Assembly (NCBI GenBank): GCA_963810935.1
Contig: CAWEPK010000010.1
Location: forward strand, 192,001-256,000
Source: an uncultured delta proteobacterium
GTDB taxonomy: Bacteria; Desulfobacterota; Syntrophorhabdia; Syntrophorhabdales; WCHB1-27
Direction: 5' to 3'
Length of the DNA stretch: 64,000 nucleotides
Position 1 is the stretch's first letter, and each line of letters starts with the position of its first letter. The position numbers and the translations under genes were made by a program. A model generated the notes under the pieces. The model had not been told where the DNA came from. It did not search any database and worked only from the letters and a program-made list of their open reading frames with translations. Shown piece after piece: positions 10,107 to 19,520 of this stretch.

Positions 10107-11089
10107 TGCGACCGATCAAACGCAATCTTTTGGTGATTGCCGGCGTATGCGTCTTCTTCGCTATGCTGGAGATTGTCGTCAATTTCGTGCTCATCAGGGC
10201 CTCCAAGGACCTCGGACGTTTCGACGGTTATCCGAAAGAGGTCAGCGCATTTTATGCACGGGGCGGCACAGGCGTCCTTTGCATCGGCAACTCCACTACC
10301 TGGTGCGCCGTAGATCCGAAGCAAATGGAGGACTCGCTGCGCGCACGCGGGGTGCGGGACGCCAGCGTAGCCGTCTTCACCATCGACGCATCGGGCATCA
10401 CAACCTGGTACTACTTCCTTAAGAACTTCCTGGTCGGTAATGGCCGGTCGCCCCGCCTGATCGTCCTTAACTACAATTACACGAACCTAGAAAGCGACAT
10501 AAACCTCCAGGTCGGCCGGCTTGCCCAATACTTCGCCGCCAGGTCTGACTGGCGAGGCGTCTTCGCTGACGAGCTGTCGTCGGGCGGAGACAGGTTCGAG
10601 TTCGCGCTCTCGCTTTTCTGGAAGACCTTCGCCTTCAGATCGAGACTCCGGGGCAGGCTGCTCGACCTTATGGTCTACCATTACCGCGACCTGGAAGAGC
10701 ACCTCTACAGGACGGCCGTCGCCCACGCCGGCCTAAAAGGTACGCCCGCTCAGGCCAACTACTGGCGCCTTGAGCGCTTCCTGAAGCTGGTCAAGCGGTC
10801 AGGCGCGTCCCTGATGGTCGTCGCGTTTCCCATAAGGCCCATAGACGGTAAACCCGGCTTCGATATAGACCCGGACGCGGCCAGGTTAATCGAGTCTTAC
10901 GGCTTCATCTTCAAAGACATGCGGCTTGTGGACGGCCTGCAGCCGGCCATGTACCGCGACGAGCTGCACATGACCGACGACGGCAAGAAAATTTATACGA
11001 AGGTCCTTTCGGACATGGTGCTCAAGGAGATGAAGCATCCGGGCCGGCTCATGTATGCATCGTCGCATCAGAAAAAACTGGAGCAGTGA
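10106..11089 (+). CDS. membrane-anchored SGNH-like protein (AlgJ/DltD-type partner of the MBOAT)
   Basis: ATG overlaps the MBOAT stop (TGATG); N-terminal TM; IGNS block I and DELH (DxxH) block V motifs. Confidence 0.7.
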   Translation: MRPIKRNLLVIAGVCVFFAMLEIVVNFVLIRASKDLGRFDGYPKEVSAFYARGGTGVLCIGNSTTWCAVDPKQMEDSLRARGVRDASVAVFTIDASGITTWYYFLKNFLVGNGRSPRLIVLNYNYTNLESDINLQVGRLAQYFAARSDWRGVFADELSSGGDRFEFALSLFWKTFAFRSRLRGRLLDLMVYHYRDLEEHLYRTAVAHAGLKGTPAQANYWRLERFLKLVKRSGASLMVVAFPIRPIDGKPGFDIDPDAARLIESYGFIFKDMRLVDGLQPAMYRDELHMTDDGKKIYTKVLSDMVLKEMKHPGRLMYASSHQKKLEQ

Positions 11090-11090
11090 T

Positions 11091-12563
11091 ATGTCGATTA
11101 CGCGCTTGGAGGGCTGGATACGGCAAAGGCTTCCGGGCTTGCAGCCGCTTTATGACATCGCCCCGTATCCGGTCAAGAACGTGCTCACCTCGGCAAGGGG
11201 ATGCGTGCTGGCCCGCATGCGATACAGCAGGCCGTTCTGGCAATGCCTGGATGATCTGCTCGAAAGGGAGACATGGCCGGCAGCGGATATAGAAGAGTAC
11301 AGGGACGCCGCCCTGTGCCGCCTCGTCTCTTACGCTTACGACCACGTGCCTTACTACAGGCGCTCCTTTGCCGCAAGCCGCCTCCACCCGTCAGACATAA
11401 AGACGGCAGCGGACCTGCCCCTTCTGCCCGTCCTCGACCGGGAGATCGTCCGTGACTCATGGCGCGACTTCGTCTCCGACACAGCCGGACGGGGCCTTAT
11501 CAGGGTGTTCACGAGCGGTACAACGGGCGCGGGCCTCCCCGTCGTGTACGACCGCGACGCCTACATCAAGAACTGGGCGTTCCGGGCAAGGCAAAAGACA
11601 TGGGCTGGCATAGGCGTGCGCGAATGGCGGATAAGCCTATTCGGCAGCAGGGTCGCGCCCCTCGGCCGGACCTGCCCTCCTTTCTGGGCTTACAACTACC
11701 TCGAAAAACAGATACTCCTGAGCATCTATCACATATCGGCGGGCAGCAGGGAGCACTATGTCGATTTCTTCGCCTCTCACCGGGGCCTTATTCTGGAGGG
11801 CTTTCCGAGCGTCCTTTCGATCCTCGCCGGCTTCATAGAGGAGGACAAGGGTCAAACAGATATGAGGGCGGTCTTCACCGACGGAGAGCCCCTCGAGCAA
11901 GCCGCACGCCGCAGGCTGACATCCGCCTTCTCCTGCCCGGTTTACGATTCTTACGGCATGACGGAGTGGGTGGGATTGATCCAGGAATGCGAAAAAGGCG
12001 GATACCATATGATCTCCGACTACGGCGTCCTTGAAGTCCTCGACGAAGCCGGGAACTCGTTGCCGCCGGGCGTGGAGGGCTACCTCGTCTGGACGGGCTT
12101 CACGAACAGGGCGATGCCGCTGATACGGTACCGCATAGGGGACAAGGGCATGTGGGACAAAGAAGAGCGCTGCGCATGCGGAAGACCCTTCCCCCTCGTG
12201 CATCCGACGATCACGCGGGAGAGCGATTACCTCACGGCGCCTGACGGCAGGATCCTCTCGCCCCGCATCATAAGCCCGCTCGCGAGAGACAAGACATCGT
12301 TCGGGTCGTGCCAGTTTGTGCAGCAGGCGAAAGACAGCGTCGAGATACTCGTAGTGCCGAAAGACGGCCAAGCGGCCGGACAGGCGGAAGACGTGAAATC
12401 AAAGCTCCAGAAGATCATGGGCAGGGAGGCATCGGTCAGCGTCCGGTTCGCGGACAGGCCTGCCCAGCGCGCAAACGGCAAGATACCCCTGATTTTCTCC
12501 TGCCCGCAGTCGGGCGACGCCGGCCGCTGTGCAGGGACTAAAAGCACCGGAGGGTTTCCATGA
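11091..12563 (+). CDS. CapK / phenylacetate-CoA ligase family protein
   Basis: YAYDHVPYYR, TSGTTG, YGMTE, MPLIRYRIGD, NGK; ATG at 11091 directly after the previous stop. Confidence 0.88.
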   Translation: MSITRLEGWIRQRLPGLQPLYDIAPYPVKNVLTSARGCVLARMRYSRPFWQCLDDLLERETWPAADIEEYRDAALCRLVSYAYDHVPYYRRSFAASRLHPSDIKTAADLPLLPVLDREIVRDSWRDFVSDTAGRGLIRVFTSGTTGAGLPVVYDRDAYIKNWAFRARQKTWAGIGVREWRISLFGSRVAPLGRTCPPFWAYNYLEKQILLSIYHISAGSREHYVDFFASHRGLILEGFPSVLSILAGFIEEDKGQTDMRAVFTDGEPLEQAARRRLTSAFSCPVYDSYGMTEWVGLIQECEKGGYHMISDYGVLEVLDEAGNSLPPGVEGYLVWTGFTNRAMPLIRYRIGDKGMWDKEERCACGRPFPLVHPTITRESDYLTAPDGRILSPRIISPLARDKTSFGSCQFVQQAKDSVEILVVPKDGQAAGQAEDVKSKLQKIMGREASVSVRFADRPAQRANGKIPLIFSCPQSGDAGRCAGTKSTGGFP

Positions 12564-13378
12564 ACCTTGAAGAATATTGCCTCTTCCTGACTAACCTCGA
12601 AAAAAGGCTCAAGTGGGTGGGAGATGTTCCCTTCGGCGCTTTCCGCCCCTTCTTTTACGCCTCGCTCCCACGCTTCGCCACTTATGAAGACATAGACCTG
12701 AAAAGGGCGGCGCGCATGTTATGGGAGGGTGCGCTGGGGGTTGCTTACCCGTGCAGGGAAGGCAACCGGGTAGTGACGTTCCTCAAAGCGTACAAGGGCG
12801 AATACGACCTGAAAGACCTTCATTCCAGCAAACGGAACCAGACCCGGCGCGGCATCGAGAACTGCGAGGTAAAAAGGATCGATTGGGAGCAAATGAGGAC
12901 GTGCGGCCTCGATATCAACAGGTCAGCCCTCAAGCGGCAGGGCAGGAAAAGCAGCGGTCTGAACAGCGCAAAATGGTGGGACAGGCAGTGCCGCGTCTCG
13001 TCGAAGTTCCAGGACGTGCTCGCCTGGGGCTGTTTCGTCGAGAATGATCTGACGGGTTATGTCCACGTGATGCTCCACGACGGCATCCCCGAGGACGGCC
13101 AGACCGCAAGGGTCGCCAGCGTCGCACACTTCATGACCGATTCCCGCCACCTGCGAAGCTATCCGAACGAGGCGTTGATCTTTACCGTAACGAAGTCGCT
13201 CCTTGAAGAGCACGGCTGCTCCTGGGTGCTTCTCGGGACGTCGTCGGACGACCCCCAGCTTTCCATGTGGAAGCGACACATGGGGTTCAAGGAGGACAAA
13301 GTGCCTTTCATAATCATGATAAACCCGCTTCTTCGCATGGCGAGGCCATTCTCGTCGAAGCTCCGCGCCTATGTCTGA
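12560..13378 (+). CDS. hypothetical protein, probable GNAT/FemAB-like fold
   Basis: ATGA overlap; SKRNQTRRG, YPNEALIF and WKRHMGF resemble FemAB/GNAT segments. Confidence 0.6.
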   Translation: MNLEEYCLFLTNLEKRLKWVGDVPFGAFRPFFYASLPRFATYEDIDLKRAARMLWEGALGVAYPCREGNRVVTFLKAYKGEYDLKDLHSSKRNQTRRGIENCEVKRIDWEQMRTCGLDINRSALKRQGRKSSGLNSAKWWDRQCRVSSKFQDVLAWGCFVENDLTGYVHVMLHDGIPEDGQTARVASVAHFMTDSRHLRSYPNEALIFTVTKSLLEEHGCSWVLLGTSSDDPQLSMWKRHMGFKEDKVPFIIMINPLLRMARPFSSKLRAYV

Positions 13379-14264
13379 AACACCAAAAGAGACCGCCTGC
13401 CCGGAGCCGCCCAGGCTGATTATCAACGCCGATGGGTTCGGCTTTGCGCCGGGGATCAACCGGGCAATCCGCCTCGTGGCCGGGGCAGGCTCGATTTCGA
13501 GCATAAGCGTGACGCCGAATTTTCCCGCATTCACGGAGCTTATCGATTTTTGCCGCCAGTTCCCCAAGATATCGGTCGGCGTCCATCTCAACCCGGTCGT
13601 CGGACGACCGATGTCCGCCTGCGCCTCCGTGCCGACTCTGGTCAACCGGGACGGTTTCTTCTGGTATAGGGATTTTCCCCGGAGGCTGGTCTGCGGCCTT
13701 ATCGACGAAAAGGAGCTTTTCAACGAGCTGCTCGCGCAGATCGAGGCGGTGCTGGCGATGGGTATCACGGTTACGCACCTCGACAGCCATCAGAACCTGC
13801 ACCTGCTGCCCCGTTTCTTCTCTGTCTTTCTCCGTCTCGCGAAGGAAGTGGGCATCAGGCGCATGAGGTGCCACCGCCACTATATCTGCGTGCAGCGCCC
13901 GCGGACCGGGGCGACCGCCCTCGGCTTTTACACCGCCAGGCCGCGGACCGGCGTCGTCCACCTCTACTCCCGGTTCCTCATGAGCATGGCGGAAAAGAAA
14001 GGCATGAAGATGGCGGACAGGCTTCTCTCGCCAATGCCCGGGAACGGCAAAGACCGTCTCGAGTTCTGGCACGCGGCGTTTTCCAGCCTGCCCGGCGGGA
14101 CGAGCGAAGTATACTGCCACCCCGCCTTCCCCGACGACACGCTGAGACAATGGGCAAAGTATGTCGATCCGCGCCAGACGGAGACGTATCTGCTTTTGTC
14201 GAGCGAGTTCGCCGCCCTCCGGACGCAAAGCAACGCCCTTCTCATAGGCTTCAATGACCTCTAA
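13371..14264 (+). CDS. ChbG/HpnK/YdjC family deacetylase-like protein
   Basis: IINADGFG, VGVHLN, THLDSHQ, EVYCHP motifs. Confidence 0.85.
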   Translation: MSETPKETACPEPPRLIINADGFGFAPGINRAIRLVAGAGSISSISVTPNFPAFTELIDFCRQFPKISVGVHLNPVVGRPMSACASVPTLVNRDGFFWYRDFPRRLVCGLIDEKELFNELLAQIEAVLAMGITVTHLDSHQNLHLLPRFFSVFLRLAKEVGIRRMRCHRHYICVQRPRTGATALGFYTARPRTGVVHLYSRFLMSMAEKKGMKMADRLLSPMPGNGKDRLEFWHAAFSSLPGGTSEVYCHPAFPDDTLRQWAKYVDPRQTETYLLLSSEFAALRTQSNALLIGFNDL

Positions 14265-15420
14265 TCTCTTATCAGGCATCAAGGTGCTTATCGTGACGAG
14301 CAGCCACGAGGCCACCGACCACAGGATACGCGACAAAGAGGCCGCAAGCCTCGCCGCCGCGGGCGCCTCCGTCACGATAATCGGCGCCCATTCGTACGGC
14401 GGGGAGGCAGGCGACGGGATAAAGATCGTCAGAGCGCCGAAGGCGACCGCGCGCCTGGAACGTTTTCTCAGGCAGCCATGGAGATGCGGTGCACTGGCGT
14501 CGACGCTTCCGGCGGACATAATCCACCTGCACGACCCGGAGCTGCTGCAGATCGTCCCCTGGCTTCGGCTGAGGCACCGGGGCGCGCGGATCATTTACGA
14601 CGTCCACGAGGATTTTCCCGAATTGGTCCGCATACGCGATTACCTGCCAGGCTTTTGCCGCGTGTTGATGCCGCGGGCGGTCGACCTGGTCGAAAAGAAC
14701 CTCGCCAGGTCCGTCGACGCAGTAATCGCCGTCACGCCCCATCTTGCGGTCCGCTTCAAGAACCGCTGTCGGGAGGCCCTTTACAATTTTCCGTCCCGCC
14801 GCTTTTACGAACGCGCCTTCAAGTTCGCCGGTCCGCCCTCGGGAAGGCAGTACGATCTGGTCCACCTCGGCACGCTGTCTGCCGCCCGCGCCCGCTTCCT
14901 TGCACAGACGCTCGCCATAGTCCATGCCGAAAGGCCGTCTTTCAAGGCGCTCGTCACCGGCGCTCACGCGCATACCGTAGAACAGTTGAAAGCGCTCGAC
15001 ATCCCGGGCTGCACCATCGAAGGCGTCATACCTTACGACCTTGTGCCCCTGCGGCTCGGGAGCGCGCGGATCGGCCTCGACGTCCATCCGTTCCCGACTG
15101 CCAACCTCCAGGCCGCGCTGCCCGTGAAGGTCTTCGAATACATGGCGTCCGGCTGCGCGGTGGTCACATCGGCAATGCCCGTCCTTTCAGACCTTATGGC
15201 CGGGGACGGCAGGCTCAGCAGAGACGTGGGCGTAATATGCGGCGGCGAGCCGCGTGACTACGCTGCTTCGATACTCGGCCTGATAGAAAGGATCGACCGT
15301 GGAGAGAAAGTAGGCGAGCGGACAAGGGCCGCCGCGAGCGGCGCCTACGTCTGGGAAAACGAGGCGGAAAAGATGATCGGTCTTTACCTGAGGCTACTTT
15401 CATGCAGAAACCCCAACTGA
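14254..15420 (+). CDS. glycosyltransferase family 4
   Basis: DHRI..KEA.SL, IIHLHDPEL, IYDVHEDF, PVKVFEYMASGCAVV, WE motifs. Confidence 0.88.
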   Translation: MTSNLLSGIKVLIVTSSHEATDHRIRDKEAASLAAAGASVTIIGAHSYGGEAGDGIKIVRAPKATARLERFLRQPWRCGALASTLPADIIHLHDPELLQIVPWLRLRHRGARIIYDVHEDFPELVRIRDYLPGFCRVLMPRAVDLVEKNLARSVDAVIAVTPHLAVRFKNRCREALYNFPSRRFYERAFKFAGPPSGRQYDLVHLGTLSAARARFLAQTLAIVHAERPSFKALVTGAHAHTVEQLKALDIPGCTIEGVIPYDLVPLRLGSARIGLDVHPFPTANLQAALPVKVFEYMASGCAVVTSAMPVLSDLMAGDGRLSRDVGVICGGEPRDYAASILGLIERIDRGEKVGERTRAAASGAYVWENEAEKMIGLYLRLLSCRNPN

Positions 15421-16298
15421 TTATAAACGGCGACGGTTACGGCCTCACGGCCGGGACCAACAGGGGGATAGAGGAGTGCGTCCGCTTCGGCACCATCAAA
15501 AGCGTGAGCGTCAACGTCAACTTCCCCCGCGCGGAAGAGCTGGCGGGACTTAAAGAGAAATACCCGTGGCTCGGCATAGGGTGCCACCTCAACCCCGTAG
15601 TGGGACGCCCCGTACTCGCCCCGGAGAAAGTGCGCACGTTGATAAACAAGGACGGCGAATTCTGGTACAGAGAGTTCGACTGGAAGCTCGCTTCCGGCAG
15701 CATCGACCCCGGGGAGTTAAAGGCGGAGCTTTTCGCCCAGATCGACCGCTGCAGGGAGCTTGCGGGTGCAGCCTTCACGCACATTGATTGCCATATGGCG
15801 AAGCACAGGCTGCCCCGTTTCTATCCCGTCTTCCTCGAGGCATGTATGTACAGCGGGGTCGGGCGGGCGCGGGTCCACAGGTACCATTTGATCGACACGC
15901 GCCACGGCCGCCTCATTACCGGCCTGCGCTATTACATGCGCCATCCCCATCGCCTGGGCGTCCGCGCCTGGAACTTCCGGCTTCGAAAGCAGGCACGGAA
16001 GGCGGGCCTGGCACTTGCGGACTGGAGCGTGGCCCTGGCAGGCGCAAACGGAGACAGCATCTCCCCGGCCGTCTGGACGAGCCTGGTTGCCCGGCTGCGG
16101 CCGGGCTTCACCGAGTTCGTCGTTCACCCCGGCTATGGGGATGAAGAATTGTCTCGCATTTCGAGGTACGTGAGCGAGCGCGACGCCGAGCGGAAGATAC
16201 TGACGTCGGAAAGCTTCAAGCGGGCGCTTCTTTCACACGTCCGCCTCGCTTCTTATAACGACATGCCGCGACAGGCAGCAAAAGGGGGAGGAACGTGA
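15402..16298 (+). CDS. ChbG/HpnK/YdjC family deacetylase-like protein (paralog of 13371-14264)
   Basis: IINGDGYG, GCHLNPVVGRP, THIDCH, EFVVHPGY. Confidence 0.85.
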   Translation: MQKPQLIINGDGYGLTAGTNRGIEECVRFGTIKSVSVNVNFPRAEELAGLKEKYPWLGIGCHLNPVVGRPVLAPEKVRTLINKDGEFWYREFDWKLASGSIDPGELKAELFAQIDRCRELAGAAFTHIDCHMAKHRLPRFYPVFLEACMYSGVGRARVHRYHLIDTRHGRLITGLRYYMRHPHRLGVRAWNFRLRKQARKAGLALADWSVALAGANGDSISPAVWTSLVARLRPGFTEFVVHPGYGDEELSRISRYVSERDAERKILTSESFKRALLSHVRLASYNDMPRQAAKGGGT

Positions 16299-17638
16299 GA
16301 ACAATAAAGCACGTCTCATTCGGAGAAACCGCAAAGAATGTAATTGCCGCGCCGCTTCATCACCCTGTCTGGCTTCCCGCCATGGCTTTTTCCGTTCTCC
16401 TCCTATTAATGCAGAGCCTCCTCGGCTCGGGCCTCGACCTCTACGTGCTGATCCTTTTTCCGATAGGCCTGGCGTGTGCCTATCTTCTCCTGAAATATCC
16501 GGAGGTCACCCTCGCCCTCTTTCCCATCGTAGGCGGCATAAAGGCGCACCCGTTCCTCGTTTCCCTCGGGATCCCCGACATGACGCTCGTATTCGCCGGC
16601 CTCGTTGCGCTCTCCTGTCTGCTCGACATGATCGTAAGGAAGGAGCGCTTCTCGTTGCCTGCGGCCTTTGCGCTTTATCTCCCGTTCGTCATAATGATCC
16701 CGATCAGCCTTACCTATACGATCGATTTCGCAGGCGGACTGGATAAGGCGGGCCGCTTCTTCATCTTAGGCGGCCTGGTCATCGTCGCGCCCTTCGTCGC
16801 CCTCAATACGCCGGTAAGGTTTCGCAGGTTCTTTTATGTTTTATTGATAACGGGGTTGCTTGAAGTCGTCAGTGCTATCTTCGACCCCCAGACTGCTGAA
16901 AGGCTCAGCTCGCCGGGCGGTCTTGCCGTCCACCTCGGCTACTACGCCGCAATCGGCATCGCTGTCGTGATCTTCCTCGGCCTGGCTAAGTCATCGCTCA
17001 AGCATCGGCTGCCCTTCTATCTGCTCTTCCCTATCCTGTTTTACGGGCTTATAGGCTCGGGCGTCCGCAGGTCGCTCGTCGGCGTGCTTATCATCGGCGT
17101 GCTCGCCGTTTTCTTTTACCGGCAGCTCGCGTTCGATTTCCTGCTGCTCGGCCTCGGTTCCTTTATCGTCCTGAGCCTGCTGCCTATTCCCGATTTTTCC
17201 CTCGATTACCTGGGCACGCTCATTAACATGTCCCCCAGCATGCTGTACGAGGGCAGGCAGCACCTGCTCAACCTGGGGCTGAACGCAGCCGCGCTCAGCC
17301 CGTTTACCGGCGTGGGCATCGGCGCGTTCCGCTTCTTTACGCCGAATCCGGTCATCTACGACTACCCGCACGTCCTGCTCGTGGAGATATTTTGCGAGCT
17401 TGGTATTTTCGCGGCCGTCTCTGTTATGCTCCTGCAACTTTACACCTTGTACAAGATCCTCCACAGCGCAGTCTACACGCAGACATTAGTGAGGAAAGAA
17501 ATGCTGATGGCGATGGCGTTCCTCGTGCTCGGTCTGGTCGACTCCTCCGTCTCCGGCGATATTAACAACGTACGGCTCATGTGGCTGGCCATGAGCCTGC
17601 CCTTCGTCGTCAGCAGGATGAAAGGGAGCGAGGCGTAG
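16295..17638 (+). CDS. O-antigen ligase/polymerase (Wzy_C) family membrane protein
   Basis: Many TM helices; SGVR, GR, PFTGVGIGAF, YPHVLLVEIFCELG. Confidence 0.8.
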   Translation: MRTIKHVSFGETAKNVIAAPLHHPVWLPAMAFSVLLLLMQSLLGSGLDLYVLILFPIGLACAYLLLKYPEVTLALFPIVGGIKAHPFLVSLGIPDMTLVFAGLVALSCLLDMIVRKERFSLPAAFALYLPFVIMIPISLTYTIDFAGGLDKAGRFFILGGLVIVAPFVALNTPVRFRRFFYVLLITGLLEVVSAIFDPQTAERLSSPGGLAVHLGYYAAIGIAVVIFLGLAKSSLKHRLPFYLLFPILFYGLIGSGVRRSLVGVLIIGVLAVFFYRQLAFDFLLLGLGSFIVLSLLPIPDFSLDYLGTLINMSPSMLYEGRQHLLNLGLNAAALSPFTGVGIGAFRFFTPNPVIYDYPHVLLVEIFCELGIFAAVSVMLLQLYTLYKILHSAVYTQTLVRKEMLMAMAFLVLGLVDSSVSGDINNVRLMWLAMSLPFVVSRMKGSEA

Positions 17639-17640
17639 AA

Positions 17641-19494
17641 ATGTGCGGCATCTGCGGGTTTGCAGGCAACCCGGAAAACGTTGACCGCCTCTCGATGCTC
17701 GCCGCCTTGTCCCACCGGGGACCGGACGATACGGGAGAGCACTGCGAAGAGATACAGTGGGGGAAGCTCTGGCTCGGCCACAAACGCCTTTCTATCCTCG
17801 ACCTCTCACCCGCCGGGCACCAGCCGATGGCTTACGCAGATGGAAGGCTATGGATAACGTTCAACGGCGAAATTTACAATTTCCATGACATAAGACGGGA
17901 GCTGGAAGGGCACGGTTACGCCTTCTCGACCCGTGCAGACACGGAGGTCGTGCTCGCCGCCTGGCACAAATGGGGGCCTGAGTCCGTCGGCCGGTTCGTC
18001 GGGATGTTCGCCTTTGCTATCTGGGACAGAAACGATGCGTGCCTCTGGCTGGCCCGGGACAGGCTCGGGGAAAAGCCGCTTTATTATACTGCGCAGCCGG
18101 GCAGGTTCCTCTTCGCCTCCGAGGTCCGGTCGCTCCTTGCCTCCGGCGTAGTGGAGCGCAGGATCGACGGCGACGGCCTCGATTCGTACCTCTGCTTCGG
18201 GAGCCTTTGCCAGCCTTACACGATGGTCCGCAACGTACGCTCTTTGGAGGCGGGCCGCGTCATGAAGGTGCAAAAAGACCTAAGCGACGTACGGACATAC
18301 TGGTCCCTCGGCGCAATCACGGAAGAACAGGGTAAACCGGAGGAGCGCATCGAAAAGATGCTGGGGCTTCTGAACGATTCGGTGCGGCTCTGTATGGTAT
18401 CCGATGCGCCCGTGGGCCTGCTCCTTTCTGGCGGCGTGGATTCGACGACTACCCTGGCCCTCCTGCGCAGCCAGGGCTTCGACGATCTTTCCACCTTCAC
18501 CGTTGTCTTCGACGAGAACCCGGCTTTCAGTGAAGACCGATGGGCGAAAAAAGCGGCGGAGCATTTCGGCACGAAGCACACGAGGATACCCGTGAGCATG
18601 AAGGACGCCATGGAGCTTCTGCCGGACGCGGTCGAATCGATGGACCAACCCTCGATCGACGGCACGCAGACGTACATCGTATCGAGGGTGATAGCGCGAA
18701 GCGGCCTTAAAGTCGCCCTCTCCGGCCTCGGTTCCGACGAGCTTTTCTTCGGTTACCGTTTTTATCACCACTTCGAACATCTCCTGACGCTGTCGAAGAT
18801 AAGGCCGCTCCATTTGGGCCTCTCCCTCTTTGCAGGCATGATGCGCCTGCCGCCTTTGAAGAACCGCCTCACGTCCGCTGCCGCGAGGGCGCGGAAGCTC
18901 CTCGACCTTTATGCTGCGGGCAGCAGGGAGGCGGCCGCCTACCTGACCTGGCAGTCGGTCTTCAATTACGACGAGATAAACCGGCTGCGCGGCGGCAAGA
19001 CGCTATCCCCTTCGAGGTTCGTGAAGTGCGCGCCCGCGCAGAGCGCCCTGGCCACCCTGTCCAGGCTAGACCTCGATAACTACATGAGAAATACGCTCTT
19101 GTGCGATGCCGACCAGATGAGCATGGCCAACTCCCTGGAATTGCGGGTGCCTTTCCTCGACTACCGTCTGGTCGAGCTTGTCAGCGGGCTTCCGACGTCC
19201 GTCAGGCTCGGCGACGGCAGGTACAAACAGCTCCTGGTTGACGCGGTCAACCACCCGTTGGTCTACGAGACGGCGGCCAGGCCGAAGTCCGGGTTCGAGC
19301 TGCCCCTCGGCGCCTGGCTGCGCAACGGTTTTCGGATGGGTGAGGTCAGACCCGACGTACTCGGGCTTGACGGCAAAGAGGTCGCGGGTGTCGTGGGACG
19401 TTTCCGGTCCGGAGAAAAGTACACGCGGTACTGGTCACTGCTGGTCCTTTCGAACTGGCTGGACAGGATGGGCATGTCCCCCTGCACCGGCTGA
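17641..19494 (+). CDS. asnB: asparagine synthase (glutamine-hydrolysing)-family amidotransferase
   Basis: N-terminal MCGICG, HRGPD, FNGEIYN, LSGGVDS, GLGSDELFFGY, ELRVPFLD. Confidence 0.92.
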   Translation: MCGICGFAGNPENVDRLSMLAALSHRGPDDTGEHCEEIQWGKLWLGHKRLSILDLSPAGHQPMAYADGRLWITFNGEIYNFHDIRRELEGHGYAFSTRADTEVVLAAWHKWGPESVGRFVGMFAFAIWDRNDACLWLARDRLGEKPLYYTAQPGRFLFASEVRSLLASGVVERRIDGDGLDSYLCFGSLCQPYTMVRNVRSLEAGRVMKVQKDLSDVRTYWSLGAITEEQGKPEERIEKMLGLLNDSVRLCMVSDAPVGLLLSGGVDSTTTLALLRSQGFDDLSTFTVVFDENPAFSEDRWAKKAAEHFGTKHTRIPVSMKDAMELLPDAVESMDQPSIDGTQTYIVSRVIARSGLKVALSGLGSDELFFGYRFYHHFEHLLTLSKIRPLHLGLSLFAGMMRLPPLKNRLTSAAARARKLLDLYAAGSREAAAYLTWQSVFNYDEINRLRGGKTLSPSRFVKCAPAQSALATLSRLDLDNYMRNTLLCDADQMSMANSLELRVPFLDYRLVELVSGLPTSVRLGDGRYKQLLVDAVNHPLVYETAARPKSGFELPLGAWLRNGFRMGEVRPDVLGLDGKEVAGVVGRFRSGEKYTRYWSLLVLSNWLDRMGMSPCTG

Positions 19495-19520
19495 TTTAGC
19501 AACTTCATCACAAAACAACC

